In this document: positions 1 through 9,833 of the stretch, one piece after another
Layout of the letters: each line of letters begins with the position of its first letter
Numbering within the stretch: position 1 is the first letter of the stretch
IMG/VR virus record: IMGVR_UViG_3300027956_000009
Location: 1 to 60,223 of that record
Reading direction: 5' to 3' (one strand)
DNA length: 60,223 bases
DNA from: a virus
Taxonomy: Duplodnaviria; Caudoviricetes
Position numbers and translations under genes: made by a program
The notes under the pieces: generated by a model
Told to the model about the DNA's origin: nothing
The model's input: the letters and a program-made list of their open reading frames with translations, nothing else
Database searches by the model: none

Positions 1-2
1 TT

Positions 3-179
3 GGAGTTACGTCAGTTGTATATTGGAGGGATGTTTCATCATCGCACCTACCAAGATACGCGTGGTCTAGTCATTATGATAATGAATATATGCACCACGT
101 TGAGGCTTTCCCTACCCACTGGATGCCTCTGCCATCTCTGCCACTAAGCAATCCATTACCCCAACCAACCGAACCATGA
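3..179 (+). CDS. Partial (5'-truncated) DUF551-like small phage protein
   Basis: Manual translation ends ...PTHWMPLPSLP..., the typical DUF551 C-terminal motif; stop overlaps the next ATG (ATGA). Confidence 0.65.
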   Translation, partial: GVTSVVYWRDVSSSHLPRYAWSSHYDNEYMHHVEAFPTHWMPLPSLPLSNPLPQPTEP

Positions 180-427
180 ACACACCGACACCGAGAACAA
201 ATAGATTTTACGCCTCATTTGCCGATGGCGAATGTATCCCAAATCAAGACGAATGGCTTGCCCTATGCGAAAGTCTTGAAAGCGAACTCACCGCCGCCTG
301 TCAGGAGATTGATATGCTTAAAAGCAAATATGCAGACCACCACGCAGAAGCCGAAAGACTCACATCTGAAATCAATGCATCGATAACGACGCGCAACCGA
401 AAGGCAAGCAATGAAAACATTATTTGA
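176..427 (+). CDS. Hypothetical protein, member of the modular coiled-coil ORF family also at 58.9-59.9 kb
   Basis: LESELTAACQEIDML matches LERELTAARAEIERL of 59202..59663; DNA gaactcaccgccgcc is shared. Confidence 0.65.
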   Translation: MNTPTPRTNRFYASFADGECIPNQDEWLALCESLESELTAACQEIDMLKSKYADHHAEAERLTSEINASITTRNRKASNENII

Positions 428-1724
428 TAAGCAACGGGAATCCGTTGACTTCCTTATCGCTGCGCTCAAGCAGCACAGAGGAGCACTTGACGGATCTCAT
501 ACGGGAGTTGGCAAGACAGTTATCGCATCCAGAGTTGCGTTAGAGCTGGGCGTGCCGGTCGCCGTCGTCTGTCCGAAGATCGTCATCCCATCATGGGAGC
601 GCGAGTTTAAGGAGGTCGGCATCACGCCGCTCTTTGTGACCAACTACGAGAAACTTAAAAGGGGTAATTCGTTTTTAGCCAAAGCAGGTAAGAAACTTTT
701 TCGTTGGCAGCTACCCCAAGAGACCTTGCTGATATGGGACGAGTGCCACAAGTGCAAATCACCTTTCAGCCAGAACGCCCAGATGCTGGTCGCAGCCAAA
801 CAAACGGGTCTTTACAACCTGCTGCTGTCAGCCACGGCGTGCCAAGATCCAACGGAGATGCGTGCGATCGGTTTTACTCTGGACTTGCACTCACTCAACA
901 AGCCCGTCGGAAAGAAGAAGAGCTGGTTCTCGTGGATGATGCAATACGGCTGTAGGCAAGACCATTGGAAGAACTGGGTGGCTGGTCCTCTCGCGAAGCT
1001 GTCCGAACTCAACAAGGAACTCTATGGCATAAATTGCGTTAAGATCACACCGTCTGATCTACCATCTGCATTCACAGATAATCATGTTATTACGGAGCCG
1101 CTTGCGTTTTCTGGCCTGAGCAACATCGCTAAATTTTACAAACAACACGGCGTTACACCTGAGATCGTAGAGCGGTTCGTGGAGGATGGTGGGGCGAGCC
1201 CCCATATTCTCGTAGAAATCCTTCGCGCTCGCCAACTTGCCGAAGCAGCGAAAGTGCCCGACATCATCGGCATGATCGAAGACGCAAACGAAGAAGGTTA
1301 CAGCGTAGCCGTGTTTGTCAGCTTCGTAGATACGGTCAAAGCACTAGCCGCAGCGTTTCCCGATGCGTCGTGCGTGGTCGGAGGTCAGTCGGCTACGGTT
1401 CGTGAAAATAACGTGCAGCGGTTCCAAACCAACCAAACACGCGTGATTCTATGCAACATAGCCGCTGGTGGGGTTGGCGTATCTCTCCACGATGAACACG
1501 GTGGACACCCGCGTATGAGCCTGATCTCACCTACATTTAACGAGAAAGAATACATCCAAACACTCGGACGCATCCACCGAGCAAACGCAAAGAGCCCTGC
1601 AATTCAAAGGGTTCTGGTTGCATCAAAAACTATTGAAGAAAAGATTATTGACAGCATGGAGAAAAAAAGACACTCTCTGGAAACACTGCACACACAACAC
1701 GCCACAACAAACGTAGCCCACTAA
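411..1724 (+). CDS. Superfamily 2 (SNF2/DExH-like) helicase
   Basis: Walker A HTGVGKT, DECH, SAT motif III, QTLGRIHR motif VI. Confidence 0.9.
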   Translation: MKTLFDKQRESVDFLIAALKQHRGALDGSHTGVGKTVIASRVALELGVPVAVVCPKIVIPSWEREFKEVGITPLFVTNYEKLKRGNSFLAKAGKKLFRWQLPQETLLIWDECHKCKSPFSQNAQMLVAAKQTGLYNLLLSATACQDPTEMRAIGFTLDLHSLNKPVGKKKSWFSWMMQYGCRQDHWKNWVAGPLAKLSELNKELYGINCVKITPSDLPSAFTDNHVITEPLAFSGLSNIAKFYKQHGVTPEIVERFVEDGGASPHILVEILRARQLAEAAKVPDIIGMIEDANEEGYSVAVFVSFVDTVKALAAAFPDASCVVGGQSATVRENNVQRFQTNQTRVILCNIAAGGVGVSLHDEHGGHPRMSLISPTFNEKEYIQTLGRIHRANAKSPAIQRVLVASKTIEEKIIDSMEKKRHSLETLHTQHATTNVAH

Positions 1725-1725
1725 A

Positions 1726-1938
1726 ATGTCAGACAAAATTAAATCTAAAATCGAAGAAATAAAAAACCTCCACGAAGAAGCCAAGAAGCGTTTTCAGGAG
1801 CGCCATCAAGAACTACTCAGTAGTCACAAAGAGCGTGTGGGTTCCATCCGTGAGAACTTTCAAGCTATTCGCGAGGCGCACGAGGTCGAGACGCCGGAGA
1901 CTAAAGAGATTAACGAATCAAGTTCTACGCAGAACTAG
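1726..1938 (+). CDS. Small charged helical hypothetical protein
   Basis: 70-aa ORF closely coupled to the helicase stop; Glu/Lys/His-rich. Confidence 0.6.
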   Translation: MSDKIKSKIEEIKNLHEEAKKRFQERHQELLSSHKERVGSIRENFQAIREAHEVETPETKEINESSSTQN

Positions 1939-1965
1939 CCCTTTAGTTTTAAGCAGAACTCTATA

Positions 1966-2601
1966 ATGCCAACAGGAGACGACATTACCCAGATCCACCA
2001 AGAGAATCTGGATGGTTTTTACACTACCTACGGAGCCACATTACAGGCTTATGCGGACGCAAAAGCGGAGGCTCTTAGTTCATTCGATCAAATCCGCCAA
2101 GAGATACTGGAAACGATCAGTGACGCTACGTCCGAAAAACTTATTGAACTCGACCAAAAGATTAGTGAGATAGCGGCGGCATATGAAGAATCAAAATCTG
2201 ACACTAACTCACAGGTTATAGCACAAACTCAAGCAATAACTGCACTACATGACGCAGCACGTATAGAGGCTCAAAACCTTTACCAAACCACAAACAATAT
2301 CCTTACAAAGGAACGCCAAGATGCCATTGCCGAATTTGAAGCGGATGAGGTAAAAGTAAAAAGTTTAGTAGACGAGCGCAAAGCTGATCTACAAAAAGAA
2401 ATAGAAGAACTGACTGAGCAGTTTAATGTAACCATCAACGGTATACATGCAGAATATCTAAATGAAGTCGAACAACACACACTTAGCTATAAAATAGCTT
2501 TAGGAAATTACAATGCTAGTGGTATATCAACCTATCTATTGGAGACCGCAACGCGAGGATACATAGAAGCAAGAATAAAGGCGAAAAAAGAAAAAAAGTG
2601 A
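1966..2601 (+). CDS. Coiled-coil/helical-bundle hypothetical protein
   Basis: 211-aa acidic all-helical ORF; visibly more AT-rich than neighbours. Confidence 0.65.
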   Translation: MPTGDDITQIHQENLDGFYTTYGATLQAYADAKAEALSSFDQIRQEILETISDATSEKLIELDQKISEIAAAYEESKSDTNSQVIAQTQAITALHDAARIEAQNLYQTTNNILTKERQDAIAEFEADEVKVKSLVDERKADLQKEIEELTEQFNVTINGIHAEYLNEVEQHTLSYKIALGNYNASGISTYLLETATRGYIEARIKAKKEKK

Positions 2602-2624
2602 AGCGTAACTATAAAACAAGAATC

Positions 2625-3122
2625 ATGAACCAAGAAACCAAACAAACTGTAGACCTAGCACCAGCGGGATTCCGCTGCGGCGATGGGGTGTACCAAGTCC
2701 GATATGGGCTGCTCGATATGTACTACCACGACCACCACGACCCAATAACAGAGGTCACCTACCCCAATCTTGAACCGAACACTCTCTTTAAGATTCACGC
2801 CAGCTTAATGAAGTGGCATGAAGATCCGAATAAAAGGATTCGGAAGGTCGTCGTATCCCCCGCGTTTGATGTGAAATACCCGCTGCAGCATAAGTTTGCA
2901 ACAAGGGTATTAGGAGACTGCGTAGCTTGGGCATTACAGTCTCAGGCAGAACCACGATTAGTGGGTAAATATTGTGTCGAGAACGGACGGTCAGCCCCTA
3001 ACCCCGAGTGGGGGCACTGCGAAGAACCTGAGCTGATCCGCGATGACTCTGTATTGGAGATGTTTGATTACAGGAAAAACCAAACAAGAACCATGAATCA
3101 AGAAACCAACACACCGCTCTAA
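2625..3122 (+). CDS. Hypothetical protein flanked by 28-bp direct repeats
   Basis: ORF track 2598..3122; ATG at 2625 after an A-rich leader is the more likely start. Confidence 0.6.
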   Translation: MNQETKQTVDLAPAGFRCGDGVYQVRYGLLDMYYHDHHDPITEVTYPNLEPNTLFKIHASLMKWHEDPNKRIRKVVVSPAFDVKYPLQHKFATRVLGDCVAWALQSQAEPRLVGKYCVENGRSAPNPEWGHCEEPELIRDDSVLEMFDYRKNQTRTMNQETNTPL

Positions 3123-3126
3123 TATT

Positions 3127-3210
3127 ATGGACTACTCATCTACCCTTGGTTTTGTGTTAGGATCTCTAGCCGCCCTACTCCTACTCTTCCTTTATTGTAA
3201 ATACTCATGA
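3127..3210 (+). CDS. Small single-TM protein (27 aa)
   Basis: Manual translation MDYSSTLGFVLGSLAALLLLFLYCKYS; ATGA overlap with the next gene. Confidence 0.4.
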   Translation: MDYSSTLGFVLGSLAALLLLFLYCKYS

Positions 3211-4352
3211 ATCCTGAAAACACTACCCCCGATCATTCTGAACGCGCTCATGCTGAGTTCGGACCATCATCCCTCAAGTATGTCGCCACCTGTGCCGGAT
3301 ACCACGGCAAGGAAGGAACGTCAGGCGCTGCCGAAAAAGGAACGCGCATCCACGAGGCTCTTGAAGTCCGTGATCCGTCCGCTCTGCACGACGAGGAAGA
3401 AGTCAAACTCTACGAGGCTATCATTGCAGATGAGGAGGAGATACTCAACGGAGTCTTTGGTGATCTCCCTAAGATCACTGAACGCGAAATCCGGCTGCAC
3501 CTCGAACTCGATGCAGCGACACCGACCTTCGGCACATGTGACCTGCTGGTACATACCGCAGAAGGGGTTGCCGTAATGATCGACTACAAGACAGGCATCA
3601 GCAAGATCGACGAGCCTGAGAAGAACTGGCAATCTAAGGCCTACGCGTTGGCGGTATTGCAGATGTTCCCCCACATACACACGATTAAGTTCGCCTTCAT
3701 CGTGCCACTGAACGGTGGTATCCTCAGCGGGGTCTTCGAGCGCGAGCAGATAGCTGATCTGCGTAATCAGATTTCTGAGATAATCAGAAGAGCAGAGATC
3801 ACACGACCCAAGTGGGAGACGGGCTCGATTGAAATCGACGACGTTAAACCCTCGGTAAACTGTCGTTTCTGCCGATACGAAGAAAGTTGCCCCGCGTTAG
3901 GCGCAGTCTGCGTAGAGATCGCAAAGAGGGTTAGTCCTGAACTATTACCTACAGGCCCCATTAGGCCGTCCGATGTGGATGATCCAGAGGTTCTTGAGCG
4001 GCTCTTTATTGTCGCTAAGATTGTTGAGAATTGGGCGCAGTCCATCAAGCACAAGACTACTGGTCTGGCGTTAGCCGGACACGAATTTGAGAACCATAAG
4101 CTGCGGTCAATGGGCTCTCTCAAGAAGACGACTGAGAAAAACTACCTCGCCCAACTCGCTGTTAAGCACGGCTTGGGTCTCGATGAGGTTATCGAGGCTG
4201 CTGACCTAACAATGGGTCAGCTCTCAAAAGCCCTCCACGAAAAAACGCCTAGAGGAAAAAAATCTTTTGTTGTTGACAGTTTCGAAACCGAAGCTATTGA
4301 TCTCGGCATCGTCGAGGTCGGACCGACACGATACACACTTTCCTCACGATGA
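3207..4352 (+). CDS. Cas4/RecB-like PD-(D/E)XK exonuclease (DUF2800-like)
   Basis: HAEFGPSS, GTRIHE, FGTCD, IDYKTG, QxxxYA; one N-terminal Cys plus CRFCRYEESC (Fe-S type). Confidence 0.85.
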   Translation: MNPENTTPDHSERAHAEFGPSSLKYVATCAGYHGKEGTSGAAEKGTRIHEALEVRDPSALHDEEEVKLYEAIIADEEEILNGVFGDLPKITEREIRLHLELDAATPTFGTCDLLVHTAEGVAVMIDYKTGISKIDEPEKNWQSKAYALAVLQMFPHIHTIKFAFIVPLNGGILSGVFEREQIADLRNQISEIIRRAEITRPKWETGSIEIDDVKPSVNCRFCRYEESCPALGAVCVEIAKRVSPELLPTGPIRPSDVDDPEVLERLFIVAKIVENWAQSIKHKTTGLALAGHEFENHKLRSMGSLKKTTEKNYLAQLAVKHGLGLDEVIEAADLTMGQLSKALHEKTPRGKKSFVVDSFETEAIDLGIVEVGPTRYTLSSR

Positions 4353-4425
4353 GGAGAAAAGGGAGTTACGGATGTCCCCTTCAGTAAGCGAATGCAACAA
4401 CCGATCAGAAACAGAAAACAGTAAT

Positions 4426-5052
4426 ATGAGCACAGAAGCACTAAGCACAAATACAGCAACCGGACTTGCCTTCTCAGCGCAAGACATCGACATCCCCCGC
4501 CTTAACGTCATCCAAAAGATGTCGGAAATCGAAGGGCCTATCGGTTCGGTTGTAATTGACAAGGACTCCGTCCTCCTCGAAGCCGAACAAAAAACTCCGG
4601 TCGTTGTGATCGGAGCAATCAAGCGGTGGAAAGAAGACGTTCCTTTTGGTGAGGACTACATGCCGAAGATTGCTTCTAACGAAGCCGACGCAAAAAGCCT
4701 TGCCCTAGAGAGCAGCTACGACGTAACGGAGTTTGCTGAAATCATCCTACTTATCCCACAGGTCGGCGATGATGACACAATGTTCCCTTACCCAATCGGT
4801 GACACCAATTATCAGATTGGTCGCATCACCGTCCAGAAGGATGCCTACCGCATGACATACAAGCGTCTGTTCACCTTCTCGACGTTCAACCCTGACGTTC
4901 CGGTCTCTTCCCGATTCTGGAACTTCGGAACTGAACTGATGTCCAAAGGAAAGTATAGCTGGTATGTGCCAATGCTTGCTGCCACTAAGGAGAGTGTTCC
5001 GGTTGAAGTCGCAGAGTTTGCAACGCGCCTAACAAAAGGAGGCGGCCAGTGA
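4426..5052 (+). CDS. Putative single-stranded DNA-binding/annealing protein
   Basis: Lies between the exonuclease and the polymerase; DIDIPRLNVIQKMS N-terminal motif and aromatic C-terminal strand (YSWYVP); ATG at 4426 after an A-rich leader. Confidence 0.55.
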   Translation: MSTEALSTNTATGLAFSAQDIDIPRLNVIQKMSEIEGPIGSVVIDKDSVLLEAEQKTPVVVIGAIKRWKEDVPFGEDYMPKIASNEADAKSLALESSYDVTEFAEIILLIPQVGDDDTMFPYPIGDTNYQIGRITVQKDAYRMTYKRLFTFSTFNPDVPVSSRFWNFGTELMSKGKYSWYVPMLAATKESVPVEVAEFATRLTKGGGQ

Positions 5053-5288
5053 GCGCAGTCGTAATCGATAACCCACTCGCTATCCTCAAGCGGGAGGCAG
5101 ACACCATCCGCGCCGTGCTCGGTAAGATCGACGGCGACATACGCCAAATCGACGACCAGATCACTGAGTTGATGGTACAGAAGGCATCTCTAAATCTTGT
5201 GGCAACCGCCATTGATAACGAGATGGATCGTATCCGCACAGCCCCACGACAACTTGAACAACTTGAGTTGGATCTGGGAATAGAGTAA
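5049..5288 (+). CDS. Small coiled-coil protein
   Basis: GTGA overlap with the upstream gene; heptad pattern. Confidence 0.6.
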   Translation: MSAVVIDNPLAILKREADTIRAVLGKIDGDIRQIDDQITELMVQKASLNLVATAIDNEMDRIRTAPRQLEQLELDLGIE

Positions 5289-5300
5289 CAACACACCATA

Positions 5301-5345
5301 CCGCGCACGATACGCTCGACCAGTGTATCGTGCGCGGCTTTTTAT
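5301..5345 (+). terminator. Intrinsic terminator just upstream of the DNA polymerase
   Basis: ccgcgcacgatac / gtatcgtgcgcgg stem followed by cttttta. Confidence 0.7.
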
Positions 5346-5358
5346 GCACATAAAACAA

Positions 5359-7131
5359 ATGATAACATACGCGATTGACTTTGAGTCGTATTACGACAGT
5401 GAGTGTTCCATCACAACATTGGGACCGAGGGGTTACTTTTCACACCCTCAATTTGACGCCTACATGGTAACAGTAGTAGGCGATGACGGATTCCTCTACG
5501 CCGGATGTCCGAGACAATTTGACTGGTCTATGCTGGACGACCAGATAGCATTAAGCCACAACGCTTCGTTCGACGAAAGCCTGTATCTATACGGGGTTGA
5601 GGTCGGTTGGTTCAGCCCGTGCACGCCCGCTGAGTGGCACTGCACAGCGGACATGACAGCCTTCCTAGGTCTCCCACGATCCCTGAAGAACGCATCAGCA
5701 GCGGTATTCGGTTTAGAGATTAGCAAGACTACACGCGACAACATGAAGGGTAGGCAGTGGAACTTGATGACCGACGACTTCAAGAAAGAAGTCACCGAGT
5801 ATGCCATCAAGGACTCCGAGCTCTGCTTACGCTTGTGGCAGGAGCTGTCCGACGGGTGGCCCCAAACAGAACGAGACATCAGTGAGCTTAACCGAAAGGT
5901 TGGGCAGCGGGGCATCCCCATTGATACGACGTTACTCAAGAAGAACCTCGAACAGATCCGAACTGAACTGTTCAACGCAGAGCAGTCCATCCCTTGGGTT
6001 GGAGACAGCACCCCACTGTCACGCAAAGCGTTCAACAACCAGTGCCGAGCCCAAGGTATTGTACCTCCGGCTTCGCTCGCTGCCGGTAATGAAGAAGCAG
6101 ACAAATGGTTTGCCACATTCCAAGAAGCATGCCCTTGGGCACGCGCTGTGCAGAACTATCGGCGTATCAATGCGCTCCTCCGCAAGCTGGAAGCGTTTGA
6201 TAACGGAACGATGCCTGACGGCAGATACTACGGCGGCTTGATGTATTGCGGTGCCAACCCGACGGCGCGTTTCAGCGGGTCTGGCGGGAACCTCAATCTT
6301 CAGAACCTTCCGAGGGAGGAGATGTTCGGCGTAAACTTCCGCCACATGATTAGACCGAGGGACGGATATAAGCTGATTGTTGCCGACTTATCGCAGATCG
6401 AAGTCCGTACCTTGTGCTGGCTTACCGAAGACAGGAAAGCCCTCGATCTTATTCGCGAGTCGGACGACATCTACCATGCGTTCGGTGTGTTGTTAGGTTT
6501 GCACGATCCGGCCAACGGGTCACTGCGGGACTACGATAAGCAGCTACGGCACAAGGTGAAATCAATCGTTTTGGGCTGCGGTTACGGGATGGGAGCGACC
6601 AAGTTCTCCGCATTCAGTGGCCTATCTATGGAGGAGGCTGAGAAAGCAGTCAAGTTATACCGCGAGCGCATGCCCACAGTGCCAAAGTTCTGGCGTTCAC
6701 TCGACCAGAACATGGCAACTGCCTGTGCTGTCAGCGAGCCTTTCGAGCTGAAACTCCCATCCGGTAGATCACTCCGCTATGGGAAGATCAAGCGGATGAA
6801 GGAGGCCGGTTCGGTCAGTCGGTTCCGCCATATTGGAAAGATCGTAAGGAATGGTCAGCTTCGCGACTTCCAGCTGTGGGGTGGTATTCTTACCGAAAAC
6901 ATGTCACAAGGATTAGCGCGAGACATCTTCTCAGACATGATGCTGCGGGTAGATGCCGCTGGTTTCCCAGTCATCCTACATGTGCACGACGAAATGGTCT
7001 GTGAGGTGCCAGAGGCGCGAGCCGAAGAAGCTCTTGCAAAGATCCTCGAAATTATGCACACACCACCGACGTGGATTCCTGACATTCCGGTCGCCGCTGA
7101 AGGGCACATATGCGACCTCTACTCCAAATAA
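5359..7131 (+). CDS. polA: Family A DNA polymerase with 3'-5' exonuclease
   Basis: ExoI IDFES, ExoII HNASFD, motif A ADLSQIE, motif B RHKVKSIVLGCGYG, motif C HVHDE; ATG at 5359 lies just after the terminator. Confidence 0.93.
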   Translation: MITYAIDFESYYDSECSITTLGPRGYFSHPQFDAYMVTVVGDDGFLYAGCPRQFDWSMLDDQIALSHNASFDESLYLYGVEVGWFSPCTPAEWHCTADMTAFLGLPRSLKNASAAVFGLEISKTTRDNMKGRQWNLMTDDFKKEVTEYAIKDSELCLRLWQELSDGWPQTERDISELNRKVGQRGIPIDTTLLKKNLEQIRTELFNAEQSIPWVGDSTPLSRKAFNNQCRAQGIVPPASLAAGNEEADKWFATFQEACPWARAVQNYRRINALLRKLEAFDNGTMPDGRYYGGLMYCGANPTARFSGSGGNLNLQNLPREEMFGVNFRHMIRPRDGYKLIVADLSQIEVRTLCWLTEDRKALDLIRESDDIYHAFGVLLGLHDPANGSLRDYDKQLRHKVKSIVLGCGYGMGATKFSAFSGLSMEEAEKAVKLYRERMPTVPKFWRSLDQNMATACAVSEPFELKLPSGRSLRYGKIKRMKEAGSVSRFRHIGKIVRNGQLRDFQLWGGILTENMSQGLARDIFSDMMLRVDAAGFPVILHVHDEMVCEVPEARAEEALAKILEIMHTPPTWIPDIPVAAEGHICDLYSK

Positions 7132-7144
7132 TACAACACACTAC

Positions 7145-9301
7145 ATGAAATATAGATACCTTAAAAACCATCGCGCTTCCACCGTAACCTCAGTCGAGGA
7201 CCCATCAGCCCTATCGTTCCCCAAGCCGTCGTTCGCTACGAAAGCGGAGTATCGAGCGTGGTGTGCCGACGCCAGCACCGACCACTGTTTCTATTCAATG
7301 GCGGAAGGCGACAGCCCGAACGGACGAATCAGCGAGGACAACCCCATCAACAAGCTACACGGTTTTGTGGCGGACTTTGACGCTCCAGTTGATTGGTCGA
7401 ATATCGACAACATAATCAAAATCAGATGCGACGGTGGGCACATGCCAACGTGGCGGACGCGAACCCAGTCGGGCTACATACGGCTGATCTGGGAGTTCGA
7501 TAGTGTCTTGCCGATTGCCCCCACCCTAGCTGATTCATTTATGAAACGCCTGTCCGACGGACTCAAGGCTTCGATGCTTCTTGCGGGCTTTGATAAGACT
7601 AGCCTGAAATCATCTCAGTACTTTGAGTTAGGTGAGGACTGGACTAGAATCGGCGACCCAATACCCATATCCTTCGTCAGAACCATACTCCTGAAAGCGG
7701 CAAACGATACCCCTATCCGCACCGAGGATACGAGTATTCCGCTCGACGAGATTGCTGTTGAAGTAGCCCGTCGGTTCCCGAACCGCTGGAAGGGTGATTT
7801 CGTTGTCGGTGCTCGCGGTCCGTTGTTCTGGATTGACGACGGCATCGACCGTGACGGATGTCAGGTTCGGGAAGACGGAGTGGTCTGCTACTCTGACCGC
7901 GCTGGTACTGGCTTTAAATCGTGGGCTTCGATATTGAGTAAACAGTTTGTAGCGAAGCACGAAGAGAAAAAGCTATCCACTCTTCTCGACCAGTATTGGT
8001 TCAATGGCAAGGCATACTATAAACTCCTTAACGGAGGACCTGTCATAATCCCCAAAGAGCAGCTTGTGCTGGAGCTTCGCAAGGCGGGTTTTTGCCCCAA
8101 GCTCAAGAAGAACCAGACTATCTCTGAAGTGGAGCAAGCGGTGCTCACGATCTCCAATGATTGTCGAGTCGAAGAAGTTGCTCCGGTCGTCTTCTCGAAG
8201 GAGCGTGTGGTGGGCTTCAACGGCAGGAAGATTCTGAACAACTGCCGCACCACTGCCGTAGCCTTTGCCGACAACGGCGACCCAGCTAACTGGCCGTGGA
8301 TTGAGGCTTTCATTACTCCCTTCTTTGCGAAAAGTGCTGAGGGCCATGAGACACTACCCTACTTCCTCGCTTGGTTTCAGCGCCTATACAAAGCTGTGCT
8401 GGAGTATCGGTTGGATCAAGGGCAACTGATGATCCTACTAGGACCAGCCGGACACGGGAAGACGCTACTCACCAACAAGATCGTAGGCACATCAGTCGGT
8501 GGCTTTAGTGACGCTTCGGATTACCTGTCCGGTAAGACTAGCTTTAACCGCGACCTCTGCGGATCGGCGGCGTGGGTCGTGGATGACCAGACGGCGGCAG
8601 CTACCTATGCCGACCAGCGCAAGTTCGTTGAGCTCACCAAGCGTTGTGTAGCGAACCCAAGACTGGAGTATCATGCTAAGTACGCCGACGCCATCCCACT
8701 CCCGTGGTCAGGTCGGGTTATGATGTCGCTCAACCTCGATGCCAACTCGCTCGCAGCGTTACCGTCCTTGGACAGTAGTAACCGAGACAAGATCATTGCG
8801 CTCCGAATCAACAGTGGGCACAAGGTTAAGTTTGGCTCAAATGAGTTTGTCGAGAGCACCATTAACTCGGAGCTACCGTTCTTCCTTAGATGGCTCTACG
8901 ACTGGCAACCACCGATTGAAGTCAAGGATGCCAGCCGTTTCGGTGTCAAAACCTACATCGACTCGTTCATCGAAGCGGCGGCCTACGATAATAGTTCGCG
9001 TTCAGCAATCGCTGAAATGGTCGAATTCTTTGCTAAGAAAGTTCGCGAAACCGTAGCTCTGACCAAGTGGCGCGGCACTCTTACTGAGTTCACCGTCGTG
9101 CTGCACGAATGTAACGGCGGTAGATCCGTGGGCAATAGCAACAACCTTGAGTTCGTGCGTCGAGGTATGACAGTGCTCGAAGAAGTTAGCCAACATAACA
9201 AAGGCATTAGGCCCGTTCGCAGCAAGGGTCAAGGTGGCGGTAAGATCTGGGAGATTGATCTCTCAGAGGCTTTTGACATCGACCAAGGCGGCGATTTCTA
9301 A
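7145..9301 (+). CDS. Primase-helicase (AEP-like N-terminus, SF3/DUF5906-like NTPase C-terminus)
   Basis: VADFD acidic motif, TQSG motif, Walker A GPAGHGKT, Walker B WVVDD; follows the polymerase. Confidence 0.8.
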   Translation: MKYRYLKNHRASTVTSVEDPSALSFPKPSFATKAEYRAWCADASTDHCFYSMAEGDSPNGRISEDNPINKLHGFVADFDAPVDWSNIDNIIKIRCDGGHMPTWRTRTQSGYIRLIWEFDSVLPIAPTLADSFMKRLSDGLKASMLLAGFDKTSLKSSQYFELGEDWTRIGDPIPISFVRTILLKAANDTPIRTEDTSIPLDEIAVEVARRFPNRWKGDFVVGARGPLFWIDDGIDRDGCQVREDGVVCYSDRAGTGFKSWASILSKQFVAKHEEKKLSTLLDQYWFNGKAYYKLLNGGPVIIPKEQLVLELRKAGFCPKLKKNQTISEVEQAVLTISNDCRVEEVAPVVFSKERVVGFNGRKILNNCRTTAVAFADNGDPANWPWIEAFITPFFAKSAEGHETLPYFLAWFQRLYKAVLEYRLDQGQLMILLGPAGHGKTLLTNKIVGTSVGGFSDASDYLSGKTSFNRDLCGSAAWVVDDQTAAATYADQRKFVELTKRCVANPRLEYHAKYADAIPLPWSGRVMMSLNLDANSLAALPSLDSSNRDKIIALRINSGHKVKFGSNEFVESTINSELPFFLRWLYDWQPPIEVKDASRFGVKTYIDSFIEAAAYDNSSRSAIAEMVEFFAKKVRETVALTKWRGTLTEFTVVLHECNGGRSVGNSNNLEFVRRGMTVLEEVSQHNKGIRPVRSKGQGGGKIWEIDLSEAFDIDQGGDF

Positions 9302-9302
9302 G

Positions 9303-9833
9303 TCAGGCTATCAGACCCCGCCCTTTTGTGATCTTCACGGAGGGCGGGTTAAGCTCTGATATAGGCAGAACATACTCGTCGGAGAACGACAGTTTACCGT
9401 CGTTGGGGTCTACGTTTCCTTTTGGGAGGAACAGGGCTTTCTCCATAAGCTGTTCTGCTGGCAACCAGCCCACAAGCGTGGCTAGAGTCATCTGCTGGTT
9501 ACACCTAACGAAATAGTAGACATTACATTTGCTACTGAGCTTTTCCTTACAGGCCTCGCTACCGTACACGCGAGCGACATAATGGGGTTCTGGCACGCTC
9601 GCAGCCTTTGTGGTCTTCACATCAACCGTGATACCGTTTTCTAAGACAATGTCGTAGGCGAAATTAACGTCACCGACACGGGCACCTCCGATCTCACGGT
9701 GAGTAAGTATCTCGCCCATCATCCCGATCTCGTTGCCGCGCCCGCGTGAGATAGACCCCCTTAGCACGCCCATTGCTTTTGCCTCGGCACGCGCTTGTCT
9801 CCGATCTTCGCCAGACGGCTTGGTAACTTTCAT
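9303..9833 (-). CDS. Putative PD-(D/E)XK (restriction-endonuclease-fold) nuclease
   Basis: GxxGE helix, YDIV and VDVKT motifs. Confidence 0.5.
   Translation of the reverse strand: MKVTKPSGEDRRQARAEAKAMGVLRGSISRGRGNEIGMMGEILTHREIGGARVGDVNFAYDIVLENGITVDVKTTKAASVPEPHYVARVYGSEACKEKLSSKCNVYYFVRCNQQMTLATLVGWLPAEQLMEKALFLPKGNVDPNDGKLSFSDEYVLPISELNPPSVKITKGRGLIA

Noticed and set aside
3207-4352. Cas4-like nuclease as evidence of a CRISPR-Cas system
   Set aside because: No cas1/cas2 or repeat-spacer array; its position in a nuclease-SSB-polymerase module is the usual phage recombination context
4267-7145. Upstream starts in the ORF track (4267, 5323, 6953; also 33874)
   Set aside because: They overlap upstream genes, a terminator or a promoter; downstream ATGs with A-rich leaders (4426, 5359, 7145, 33985) fit better
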